Source: Phoronis australis
Taxonomy: Eukaryota; Animalia; Phoronida
Length of the DNA: 64,000 nucleotides
Reading direction: 5' to 3'
Assembly: GCA_002633005.1 (NCBI GenBank)
Contig: NMRA01000216.1
Coordinates: 610,473-674,472 of the forward strand
The notes below the pieces were generated by a model that saw only the letters and a list, made by a program, of their open reading frames with translations, ran no database searches and had not been told where the DNA came from. Made by a program: the position numbers and the translations under genes. Positions 51,401-61,874 of this stretch are shown here, in pieces. Positions within the stretch are counted from its first letter, which is position 1. Every line of letters starts with the position of its first letter.

Positions 51401-54400
51401 CAGCCTAGCCGTTTTGGTCGTTGGTGCCCCGTCCAACTGATGGAGGGAGAATGCCTGCAACCAATGCAGGGGCCTGGCTACAACACCTTCCCAGTCGTCT
51501 ACAGGCAGCATTTGTATTATTGCGCATCAGCTGAGAACCGGGAGTCATTCATCCAAGATCCATTGGCGTACCTGAATCAGCCCTCACCCAAACCAGTGGT
51601 GCCCATCAAGGTGGCCATCCTGGGACCACCAAAGTCTGGAAAGACTACATGTAAGATGTTGAAATGTTTGTCATTGAAATTAATAATCAGAATTGTCTCC
51701 TCATTGAAATTTTAGTAAGATAATTTTACTTTGCTGTTTCATGAAATTCCTTAATTTGTTAATTGTTTTGACATGCTTTTTTCTACACTTTTTATTGAAA
51801 ATACCAGTAGTTAAAGGGGCATTTCCAATGTATAGCCTTTCTGCATATACGTAATCTCAATATGAATATCATAAAATTGGCTAATTATCCATGACAAATT
51901 GATCTAAAAATTTCCTTGACATGATTGAAATTAAGTTTCTGTGTATTAAAAGAATGAAGGGGTCACCTGCTACAGATATGAAGCAGTCCAATTTTGGGTG
52001 GGTTCACCAACCGAGGGCTTAGTGGGAACGAAGCAAGTACCCCTTTATACAATATGCCATTAGTGAATGTTTTTTGTCATTGATTGAATCCATTTAATGG
52101 TTATCTACACAGTGGCCAAGAAATTTGAAGAAGTTTACGGTGTGGCCAGGCTGTCCATTGGTGAAGCGATGCGGTCAGTACTGACCATTCAGCCAAAGAG
52201 TGACCTGTCTAAAAGTATTACAACGTACCTTGTGAAGGGACAGACAGTGCCTGATGAACTAGCTGTGAAGGCGTTGGAAGTGGCAATAATGGATATGAAG
52301 TGTCAGACCAGGGGGTATGTCCACCTAAAATATATACTCATGTCTAAAGCATACATACAAGGCGACATGACCTGCCAGTACAGTTGTGTATGACCAACAG
52401 AGGGCACCACACAAATACGGTCTATTTACATTGTAAAATTATTTTTGGTGCATCTTTAAAATCAGCTGTGGCTGTTAATACATTCTTCAGATCATTGAAA
52501 TATTCAGGGTCTTGTGAACTGTACCTTACATTTTTGATCAGAATAGAAAAATCCATTAAGTAAAGGGGTCGATATTCCATTCTCCTAGAAATTGGATGTT
52601 TTGATCTTGACTTTAATTCTTAAATAAGATTCTATTTTCTGCCTTTCAGTAATAAAATAATTGCAGGTGGTCTGATACACGTTGTATCAGACGTGCGCAG
52701 GCCTCGCATGTGGGCCCATTGCACTGATCACCTGGAAATATTTTTATGCTTTATTGATATATGGTTAAAACCGAGCTGAGGAGCTAGAAATCTGGCTCAA
52801 GGGTTTAGCAGTGTGACCTGGTGGGACTTGAACCCACGACTTCGAGTAAAGAAAGCGGCCGGGCACTTATCAACCAGGCCACACTGCCTCCTCTGCCTTT
52901 CAGTAAACGCACCCACAGTTTCAATAAGTCTTTTTATTTAAATTTTTGGGTCTTATGAAAACAAAACGTGGATATTTTTGTTATTAGCAAATTTGTACTT
53001 TATCCTATCCATCAATTTCAGGTATGTGCTAGATGGCTTCCCCACCAACAGGAACCAAATAGATTTGATGACCAAGTTATCCATCATCCCTGTGAGAGTG
53101 ATTGAGTTGGCTGTGGACAGTAAAGAAGCTATGGTCAGAGGAACGAAGGATAGGGTGGCTCCTAACAGGTGAGTGTATGGCTTACGTGATGGAGTGTCTG
53201 CACGATGCTGATACATGCTGGCCTAAAATATTGAATACCAGAAAGATTGAGTATGTGAAATGATTTTATTAGCTGTTAGGGGTAGAAATTTGTATGAGGA
53301 ATCTGTGGGCCTCTTGTTTTGTAGCTTCGTAAATACATCTTAAAGGTATACTGAGCAGTGTTTACGTAATAGGACTATTACCATGGAGCATCCTGTTTCA
53401 CTCAATAGCGAGTGTCAAATGTTTTGATTTAATTTTGCAACAGTCACTGAAAGCTAAATTTAAGGTATACTAAGTTAGTTGTCATGGTTATACCATTACA
53501 GTGAACACCGTGGACCTCACAGGGTTGGTGTTATTTTTGGGTTAACAAACACGTCATTCTTATTTTATTTTAGTTTGAATTTGGCCATTTTTGACCCTTT
53601 AAAGTGGAGTTTCTTATCTCAGTTCATCGGTGATAGGATAAGAGTTAACGTGTTAATTTCATTTTCCATTCTGTGAAACAAAGCCAATCCTTGGTGATGC
53701 ATGGAAAACTAAAATGCTTTTTGTTAATGTTTTCCACTCACTCATATTTTAGTAGAATTCTGATTAATCATGGTTTCCCATTGTCCTTAGTATTGACTTT
53801 TTATTGGTTTATTCAATATATTCCTGGCGCCATTTTAGTTTGAATTCAGAAATCTGGTTCAACTGAAATTTCCACAGGTACAGCCAATCAGGGTATTTGT
53901 TTATCTTAAATTCTCTCTGGATTCTCACTATTACATAACATTTTCTCATTATTTTCTCACTGACTGCCCCTGTTGTTCAATTCCCACTGGGTTCTCACTG
54001 GCAAATTGGTGAGATTCTCACTTTCTTTTTCGTAAGGGGATCCTTAGTGAAATAAAAACTGCAGGTGGTGGGGCACACATTGAACCAGACGTGGGCAGGC
54101 CACTCAGGTGGTCTCATTGCAGTGATCACCTGGAACCATTTTTATGCTTAGTACATAGATAAAACTGAGCCAAGGAGCTAGAGACCTGACTCAATGAGAC
54201 TCGACCCCACGACCTTAAATAAAGGAAGCAGATCCTTTTCCACTAGGCCACACTATTCCTTAGTGGTCTGATTACAAAATATCCATATTGAGAATGCCAA
54301 TACAAATGTATCCTGATTATGAGTGTCAGCAAGTCAAGAGGAGTTAATGGCTTTAAGAGTGCTTTATTAGACTTGAAACATTTCTCATTTACATTCTCAC

Positions 54401-57400
54401 AGTTCTTCTCTGTTTCAGTTCTACAAAAATAAAAACGAAATGCATAGCAAACCTCACAGATACAGACAAAATGCAAATTTGAAAATACCAAATATGAAAA
54501 TGCCACGAAAATACCTCAATATTGCCGCTCCCATCCTCTTCTCTCTAATGCCAAATATGCACTGCCCACCCAACTGTATAAATCAAGTCAGCACACACAA
54601 CAATTCATACTCAAATGTGAGTCAGGTGACATGCAAATCACATTCAGCCTATTCAGCCTACAAACAGCCATGAATATACACGTGTCCATGAGGCTCCCAG
54701 AGCTAACAAACGCGAAGTATCTTACACTGATCATGACATTATTTTTTGCTTTTTACAGGCCATATGCCAAGCATGACAGTGCACAGATTCTGGCCATCCG
54801 ATTGGCTGCTTACCTCAAGGACATTGAGTCAGTGCGTGAGTGGTACCAGAAGGAGCACAAGAACTACCGCCTCCTAGAGGGCGTCCGCTCCAAATGGTGG
54901 GTGTGGCACCAGGCTCTTGACATGGCCAAGGATAGCATCACCAAGATACAGACATACCTTCAGAGGATAGAGGCTGGTGGGTGATCGACACATTATGGGC
55001 ATGTTGAAGGGCTTGGGGGTTTATAAGGTGCTACCTGACGTCAGTTTCTTAGATGGTGAAGCATCTTGTGGAGATTTAAATTTTGATCAAAATATCGTTA
55101 GTCAAAAGTTAACCTTGAAATACAATGTGAAGCTTTCCTTTGCCTCATTAGACTAATTGTCAATACATGCCAAATGTTATCTTAACTGTTGCAATTATTG
55201 TAAAATAATTACATTAATATTCATGCAAGTCTGATGCGCATTCGTCAGATGCACATCTGTGTAATTTTTGCTTAACTATGAAAAGTTTGATGGTACGTTA
55301 ATTTTGTTCTTTTTTATGCAGTCAGCCTTGGACATAACTCGTATTTTACCACAGTATTACCTAAGTAAAATCTCTCGGTACTGTTGGATGCGACTTATGG
55401 TAATTTTATTGTGTGTCTGTGACTTACCAATAATTCAGACACTCTGGTTTACCTTAGGTAAAGCTGCCTCAATTTATGACATGTGCATCACATCTGACGA
55501 GTTCCTCGTCCGAGTTGGTGACTTCCAACAATACTGTCCCGTCAGCCTTGCTCTGAAGGAGGAGCTTGTCGACTGTAGCGTCTCGGACTCGCTGGAGTTT
55601 GCAGCAGAGTTCAGAGGTCACTACTACAAGATGGCAGGACATGAAGAACTGCAGACGTTCCTGGAAACACCTGAGAAATTTGTGCCGCCACAGGCACCCC
55701 GAAAACTACCATCCGACGATATGTTGCCAAGACGAATCACGGCAATGCAAGTGAAACAGATGTTCCCTATTGTGATCGAGTTGCAGGGGTACTGCCCAGT
55801 CACATTCCTGGATGGAAAGTTAAGGTTGGTGTTTGCGTACCTTTCTGTAGTGTGCTGTTAAATTGTACATATTTTATGTTAATGAGCTTTATCAATTCTC
55901 ACTCTTAGAGATGTCTGTTGGAAGATTTGCATAATTGGTCATGAAACTTTTAAAAAGATACTAAACATTTTTGATTGAGACAAAGTTTGTAGTTAGCTAT
56001 GATAAATCATGCTTTTTGGTATATTTCAAAAAATGCTACAATTTTTTAAAGACTATACATTTTCTGTTACTTAGATATGAAGCCATCATCCCAGGAAATC
56101 CAGAACTAGTTGTGCTGTATAGAGGAAAGGTGTACTACTTTGAAGATGAAGAAAAACTGCAGAAATTCATGAGGTGAGGATATTTTGAAATTATGGGAAT
56201 TATTTTTTGATGTTGTTGAATTAAATTTAATTTGTGAACAAACTATGGAATTCTTTTTTCCCGTACCTCAGTAAACTTATGATTCTAATTACTCCAACTT
56301 TTGCGATAATGCATACATGTGTTAGGTGTGCATGTTTTTTGAAAGGATTCATTTAGGATGTTGATGACTTGCTAAAAACTAACTTTGCAAAAGGAAGTGC
56401 AAATTTTGCACTCAAACTTTTTTGTTCCTCATAAATGTAGTATTTTTTTTTAAATTTCAGAATTGTGACCTTGTTGCATATATTACAAATTTTTTGCTTC
56501 ATCTGTGTTAATTAAAGCGGTATACAATCAAGGTAAATTGTCGTTTTAGGGAAGCAATGTGTAGCATTTCATCATTGATGTTTCAGGCTTCCAGAAAAAT
56601 ACTGGAACTTGACGTTGCCACACAAGTTGCCTCCCAGAAAGGAAGCTATTCAGTTACAAGGATTACCCATGCTGGGTTACATGGAACAGACAGTTGCCAC
56701 GGCGATCACCAAGGCGATGACTGCTGTTGGAACATTCAAGCCTAAGTATCCGTTCCTGTCACCATCAAAATCAGCTCTGCTTTATGTCGCTTATCACTTG
56801 AAAGGTATGAGATTTTACACACTTCTAAATGATGGTTAATTGGTGGCTGGTACATAGGAATACAACTCGGAAATGTACTGTTGTGTAGTACCTTAAATTC
56901 CAAAATAAGCAAGAATTAATGGTCTTCATACACGCCATGTGTTCCCACATCATGTGACCTGTAGTTGACATATGGTGTGTATGAGCACTGATCACTTTTG
57001 CTTATACGATATCAACATGCTGATTTATAACTTACAACACAATACAATTATATTGTTTTGATAATGTTTCTGTTTTGTCTGAAGGGCTTTAAACATATGA
57101 CATATTTAAACTCAAGTTGCATAAAACGAAAACGAAATGATTACTTATAAATGAACAATTATGTATAAAACAAAAATTGGTCATATTGTTGTTACCTTTG
57201 TTTTGCTATGATTGTACCTTTCTTTCCTTACTAAATTTTACTAAAATTACCTGGTCATGTGACACAATTGCTGGCAGATTGGTTTGAAGTCAAAAATCAA
57301 ATTCTGCACTTTTGGAAAATGTATACTTTCACCTTTCACCGATTTAAATTCTACAGTCATGTAAATATTTGGCTAAATGCATACACTTGTTGATAAGGTC

Positions 57401-58418
57401 CTTTGTAACCTTAAGTTTTTTCTTGTCGTCGGACGACATTTTCAATGCTTCACCGTATGTTTAGTGTATGGTGTCCTTTCTAACAGTGCCTGATCCTGCA
57501 TGGCATTATACGAGTCCTTTTTGCGTGGTCGGGACATTTTGAATGGTTCACCGTATATTGGGTGTACTATTCTCTATCTGCATGACTGTTCAATTCTTCA
57601 TTGCACTACAATGCTAAATATATTATGTAATTCAGTGTGCCTATGCTTAATAGTGGAATATTAGCCCATGACAAGCCTAAAGGCTAGAGTTTCAGTGCAC
57701 CAAAATAACCAATTTGAATGTGCATTGTATTTAAGGTCGAGTCATTTTGAAAGACATGTTTAGCCAAGCTCAGTGTTAAAGTGTGGTTAATCTGTGCTTT
57801 CTGTCAAAAAGATTTTGTTTTAACCCGCTTCTAAAGTTGGTCTTATCTTGTTCCTTACTCAGTTTAGAAGTGATCTGTGAGCTTGGGATGAATGCCCAGT
57901 CTGTATTTCTTCAGACCAAGCAAATGCTTCCAAGCCTATAATCACCCTTATTTTGACGAAAAAGTAATTCGAGACCAGCTGTGGCCTAAATCAAAACTTG
58001 TTTTTTGATGGAAAGGACAGGTTAATGTTGCTTTAAGCATATAATCCTTGTATCTAATTGGCAAACTTACAGGTGTATTGTTCCCATTTGGAAGATATAC
58101 AAACAGCTCAGTGAACTGCCCGTTCTGCTGTCACTTAGCTCGAGCAGATGAGGGGAAAAGGTGCTAGTCTTGCAATAAATTTGAAACAATGTATCTTCCA
58201 TTTCAGCATACAATCCCAACAGCTCAGAGTATATTCGGCGGAAGTATAAACAGAAACTCATGAAATTTGAGGACACTTGTGAACTCATCAAATACCTTGG
58301 CGACAACATGACGTTGAAGTACAAGGAGCCCGAGCAACGACCCATAGACTTTGATCACAAACTGGAGCAGTTTCTGGCTCTTAGAGAGATGACTCATAAC
58401 CATACTTGGATAGCATGA
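21483..58418 (+). CDS. AK9: Adenylate kinase 9 (multi-AK-domain protein with YHS-like repeats, ~2048 aa)
   Basis: Exons 21483-21494, 24012-24164, 24444-24564, 25310-25572, 26109-26219, 26483-26554, 26925-27125, 27649-27890, 28287-28467, 28819-28978, 29946-29969, 31728-31769, 32036-32158, 34810-34878, 35746-35986, 37371-37601, 38410-38510, 40038-40094, 40970-41278, 44573-44791, 45055-45164, 46532-46744, 47267-47472, 48033-48177, 48771-48907, 49336-49555, 50034-50204, 50587-50687, 51202-51650, 52113-52314, 53022-53168, 54759-54976, 55458-55824, 56075-56173, 56587-56804, 58207-58418. These sum to 6147 nt, in frame, excluding the duplicated copies. Four Walker A motifs (GKPGSGKT, GSPLSGKS, GAKGSGKT, GPPKSGKT), G(Y/F)(V/I)L(D/E)GFP motifs and five CPV-type YHS-like modules. 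The N-terminal FLKSKPTCFIIIGKPG and C-terminal KPKYPFLS...YVAYHLKAYNP match AK9 as I recall it. Confidence 0.93.
23488..23824. repeat. Minisatellite, ~8 copies of a ~43-bp unit in AK9 intron 1
   Basis: Consensus GTACTGTGGATAACACAGTGTCTTGTTGGCTGAAGACACTATT, head-to-tail, with no unique spacers. Confidence 0.95.
29946..29969 (+). CDS. AK9: AK9 24-nt micro-exon (EKLRRLEE), phase 1-1
   Basis: TTTTAG acceptor, AG|GTAAGC donor, frame-preserving, and charged coiled-coil composition matching its neighbours. Confidence 0.6.
30441..30597. mobile_element. Tc1/mariner (pogo/Tigger-type) MITE
   Basis: TIRs CAGTAAAATCTCACCAATTTGGGAC and GTCCAAAATTGGCGAGACTTTACCG, followed by TA. Confidence 0.6.
31071..31607. 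mobile_element. TTAA-flanked Kolobok-like MITE
   Basis: Inverted termini TTAA|GGTTTTGTAGGAC ... GTCCTACAGAACC|TTGA. Confidence 0.55.
31520..33587 (+). repeat. Tandem duplication A (31520-32348 and 32350-33587) containing two AK9 exons; single N at 32349
   Basis: Near-identical copies. Exons 31728-31769 and 32036-32158 recur at 32558-32599 and 33275-33397. Copy 2 carries a 403-bp insertion. Confidence 0.95.
32710..33112 (+). mobile_element. 403-bp insertion present only in duplicate copy 2; solo-LTR-like
   Basis: Absent from the equivalent site in copy 1 (~31879) and flanked by a TTTAT direct repeat. Contains CCAAT (32952), TATAAATA (33006) and AATAAA (33030) in LTR order, but lacks TG...CA ends. 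Confidence 0.55.
35584..35597. promoter_or_regulatory. Near-perfect RFX X-box in an AK9 intron
   Basis: GTTCCCATGGCAAC matches the GTTNCCATGGNAAC consensus and lies ~150 nt upstream of exon 35746. Confidence 0.45.
39462..39990. mobile_element. TTAA-flanked Kolobok-like MITE
   Basis: Left end TTAA|GGTCATGTTGGACTC. The right end is best preserved in the duplicate copy (GAGTCCTACATAACC|TTAA near 42310-42326). Confidence 0.55.
39811..44514 (+). repeat. Tandem duplication B (39811-42141 and 42146-44514) containing two AK9 exons; single N at 42142
   Basis: Exons 40038-40094 and 40970-41278 recur at 42373-42429 and 43343-43651. The 5' part has scattered SNPs and indels; the last ~0.9 kb appears identical. 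Confidence 0.95.
42911..43011. repeat. Imperfect (CA)n microsatellite, longer than its counterpart at 40575-40622
   Basis: CACACACA runs interrupted by CGTG/CGCG. Confidence 0.85.
52653..52891 (-). mobile_element. tRNA-derived SINE with a 15-bp target-site duplication
   Basis: The minus strand begins GGAGGCAGTGTGGCCTGGTTGAT (A box) and contains GGTTCAAGTCC (B box). TSD TCTGCCTTTCAGTAA at 52638-52652 and 52892-52906. Confidence 0.8.
54055..54260 (-). mobile_element. Second, more diverged copy of the same SINE
   Basis: Aligns by eye with 52663-52888 (GCAGGTGGT...CAGACGTG.GCAGGCC...GATCACCTGGAA...GGAGCTAGA...AGGCCACACT) and has an internal deletion. Confidence 0.7.
57000..57410. mobile_element. 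Degenerate Kolobok-like MITE copy
   Basis: Shared internal motif GGCAGATTGGTTTGAAGTCAAAAATCAAATTCT and right end GGTCCTTTGTAACC|TTAA. The left boundary is approximate. Confidence 0.45.
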
Positions 58419-58817
58419 ATCATTATCTCACCACTTGAAGGTGCATATTACAAGTCATCTGCATGGTTGTTAATATCTCATTTAAACCTCTGCCACAAGT
58501 TTGAGATGATGTGAATTAGGACTTTCTTGTTTCACCAAATTGTTGTTTTGCTATTTAATACAAATTCTACATGTTCGTTAGATTGTTGCATTACCAAGTT
58601 TTATTTTGCAGAAACAGAAACATTTTTTATTTCTTATAGCCACATTCCAATGTTGATGTTTAACTAAAAATATTTATGTCTAGCATAAAATGTAAATATA
58701 TCTTGTACATGTTGTATATTGACCTGTTAATCCATTACTTATACAGAACTGTATGTTTATTGTTATGCTGTGTTCCCTTTTTTGAAAAAATGTATTCCTT
58801 AATTTGCATCTTGTGTA

Positions 58818-58823
58818 AATAAA
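58818..58823 (+). terminator. Candidate AK9 polyadenylation signal
   Basis: AATAAA 400 nt after the stop codon, at the end of a T-rich UTR-like tract. Confidence 0.55.
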
Positions 58824-59704
58824 CGTCTATATAAAGCACCTGAAGTTGTTCTGTAACCTGAACCATTGTGAGTGATTTACGTTTGAGAGCAACAAAATGT
58901 CCAACTAGCACAGTGCCTTTGTTATATAATACAAGACAAAACTAATCAAGACAAAATATAAGTTCCATAACGACTAATTATTCTAACAGCAAAAATGGCT
59001 GGTAATATCTATTGTGGTGGCAAAATTGTAATTATGATCGACATATGTCCCGAATAATGGATAAATTTTACGTGCGTCGCAAGCTCGTTACCAGAGATGA
59101 AAAGGAGACCGAGTTTGGCGATATAAGGTCATTTATTATAACGAATAGAATTACAAGTAAATATAGTGAATACAGATAATAAAAATAAAAAATGATAATC
59201 TCTGGTAGGATGGGCAATAAAAGAGCGCCACAAGAGATGTTGTAAGACAGCTCATGCTGATTCCACTCGGTTCTTGGTCACGAAAGCTACTCTGCCTGTG
59301 AATTCAGCTCCAGCACTGCAGCCACCATGGCAGGGAATTCTGTATTGTATTGACTGAATATTGGCGTGCGCTATAATAACTTTGAGTACCCCTTTCGACA
59401 TGTACACGATCATTACAAATAGTAGCCTAGACGGCAGTGTTTTCCACAAGTGGGAATTCCTTACAAACAACTCATAGTAGCTATCTTCAAAAGAGATACT
59501 ATTCTTCAGTTGTGAAACTGCCGGAAACAATAACATTATTTTATATCTAACCATCGGAAACAGTCTTTTTGTGTAATTAGTTGGTGAGACGAACTCTTTA
59601 TAGAACATGTTTTTCTATTTGGATTTGATATGTCTTACACCTTGAAGCTTGTAAAGCACCAAGGCCAATCAATGAACGTATATTGTGTTTATTGTTATTA
59701 TTAT

Positions 59705-61830
59705 CCATCAGGTGGTAACGGAGTCTAGACGTGTGCCAGACTCTGCCTTACTGATCGAACATGTTTATGTTTCTGCTCCGGAGTTTGGGATATCAGTAAA
59801 AGTGGTAAAAAATGGGTTAAGTGATCACTACCCTGCATGCATAGTCAGGAAAAGGCATTTTGGCACCAAATTTCATCATGAGATTGAGTGTGTGACCTAT
59901 AGATCGTTTAAAAACTTTGATGACCAGGCCTTCAAATCGGATCTTGCTCTTGCTCACTGGTCAGTCATCGAAGCCTATGATGACATTGACGATGCTCTTG
60001 ATGCATGGTACAAGTTATTTAACAGTATTTTAGACGAACATGCTCCATGAAAACTAGACGTGTGAAGAGATTACGTCTGCCTGAATGGTTCAGTGATGAC
60101 ATTTTTGAAGCTATAAAGCTCAGAGACAGTTTACGTAAGTGCAGAAATTATGAGGGCTACAAATCAGAGCAAAATCGTGTTGTAACAATGATTAAAAAGG
60201 CTAAGAGTGACTATTACACTATTACAATATCAATATTCCAAAGTGTTATGGAAAGTCATCAGACAAGTTGGTCCTAAGGAAAAATCCTCATCACCTGCCA
60301 TGTTAAGGATTGGTGAGAAGTGTGTTCATGATAAATTTCAGATTGCCAATAATTTTAACAAATTTTTTACTGATGTAGCTAGCAAACTTACTCGTGATCT
60401 TAAAGATACACACGCATCTCATAAAGATTTGATTGACTTTGTTAGTTCCAGAGTTGAAAGTGACATAGGTTATGATATTCCTCTGGTAAATATGGAATTT
60501 GTAAATAAGTTCTTAAATGGTCTTATTCTAAATAAAGCCACTGGAATGGATGATGTCATCTCCAAATTTTTGAAACTAGGTCATGAGGAGCTGACACCAT
60601 CCATCACCTATCTTTTAAACCATAGCATTAAAACTTCCAAGTTTCCTAGTTTGTGGAAACTTGCAAAAGTATCCCCTTTACACAAAGGCCAATTTCAGTT
60701 TTACCGGTCTTGTCTAAATTGTTGGAAAAGCATGTTCACGATACCTTTTAGTCATTTTTGACCGAGCACGATTTAGTAATTGCATCTCAGTCCGGTTTCA
60801 GAAGTGACTACTCCTGTGAAACTGCCCTCATTAATATTGTTAACGACTGGGCTCAGGGTGTAGATAGTGGTCACAACGTTGGTGTAGTATTTTTGGATTT
60901 AAAAAAGCTTTTGATCTCGTTGATCACAATATACTTCTAACCAAACTGTTATTTTACAAGGTGGGCAAGGTCTCTCTAGACTGGTTTAAATCATCTCTCA
61001 GAGAGGTGCCAGGTTGTATCCCTTGGTGGACATCTGTCTGAGTCCCGAGGTATCACACACTGTGTTCCCCAGGGATCCATCCTGGGACATCTGCTGTTTT
61101 TACTTTTTATAAATAATCTCTCTTTAGTCTGCGAAAACACGGTTGACATGTATGCAGATGATACTACTTTGTCTGTTGTGGCAAACTCGCTGATCGCTGT
61201 AAAGGACAGACTCCAGTCTGATCTGGATAATGTTGCTACCTGATGTACTGATAATAAAATGGTAATTTATGCTGAAAAAACAAAATGTACGAGTATTGCC
61301 TTAAAGAAACGGCATAGTAGAAGTAATCTTGAGTTTAACCTTGCTATTTCCAATGTACGCCTCAAATATGTTGACAGTGAAAAGTTATTAGGTGTTACTG
61401 TAGACAAGACCCTCAGCTGGTCTAGCCATATAAATGGGACTTTGTCCAAAATTAGGCAGCGCCTTGGTCTTCTCCGGCGTATATCACCATTTCTTCCCAC
61501 AGAAGGGCGTCTGCAATATTTCAGCTCTTGTGTATTCCCAGACACCACCTCATCAGTTACCTGTGGTCATCATAGATGTCCCTCCTTTTTGTCTTTCCAA
61601 TATATTTACCAAAAATTTTTTTTATTTATTTATTTATCTTTAATTCAGTTTGTTTATCCAATTTGTAAATACTATTTTATTTAATGTATCTTATTGTATG
61701 TTAAGTTAATCTGTTTATCTAACTTAACTTAATTAATTTTAATTTCTTGCTGCAGAGGACCATCTTGGATATTAGCCTTTGGCTAAAGCATGTTTTACAT
61801 TTATTGTATTTTCATCCTCTTTAAATAAAG

Positions 61831-61873
<43 letters not shown>
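59705..61873 (+). mobile_element. Decayed, 5'-truncated CR1/L2-group (Crack/L2-like) LINE with endonuclease end and reverse transcriptase
   Basis: SDHYP (APE endonuclease end), YRSFKNFD, PEWFS, KATGMD, FPSLWKLAKVSPLHK, QSGFRSDYSCETAL, VFLDLKK, VPQGSILG and MYADDT, LLGVTVDKTLSW, spread over several frames with stops and frameshifts. AATAAA and an (ATT)n tail at ~61824-61873. Confidence 0.9.
61832..61873 (+). repeat. (ATT)n microsatellite forming the LINE 3' tail
   Basis: About 14 TTA/ATT units directly after AATAAAGT. Confidence 0.9.

Positions 61874-61874
<1 letters not shown>

Noticed and set aside
52790-52891. tRNA gene
   Set aside because: It has A and B boxes but no proper cloverleaf; it is the head of a TSD-flanked SINE.
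24444-56173. Four P-loops plus five YHS-like modules as a novel architecture
   Set aside because: To my knowledge this is the normal domain layout of AK9 orthologs.
59047-59249. TGTC...GACA segment resembling a solo LTR
   Set aside because: There is no target-site duplication and no second copy in the window.
59705-61873. Functional or domesticated reverse transcriptase
   Set aside because: Multiple frameshifts, stops, internal deletions and 5' truncation indicate an ordinary dead LINE.
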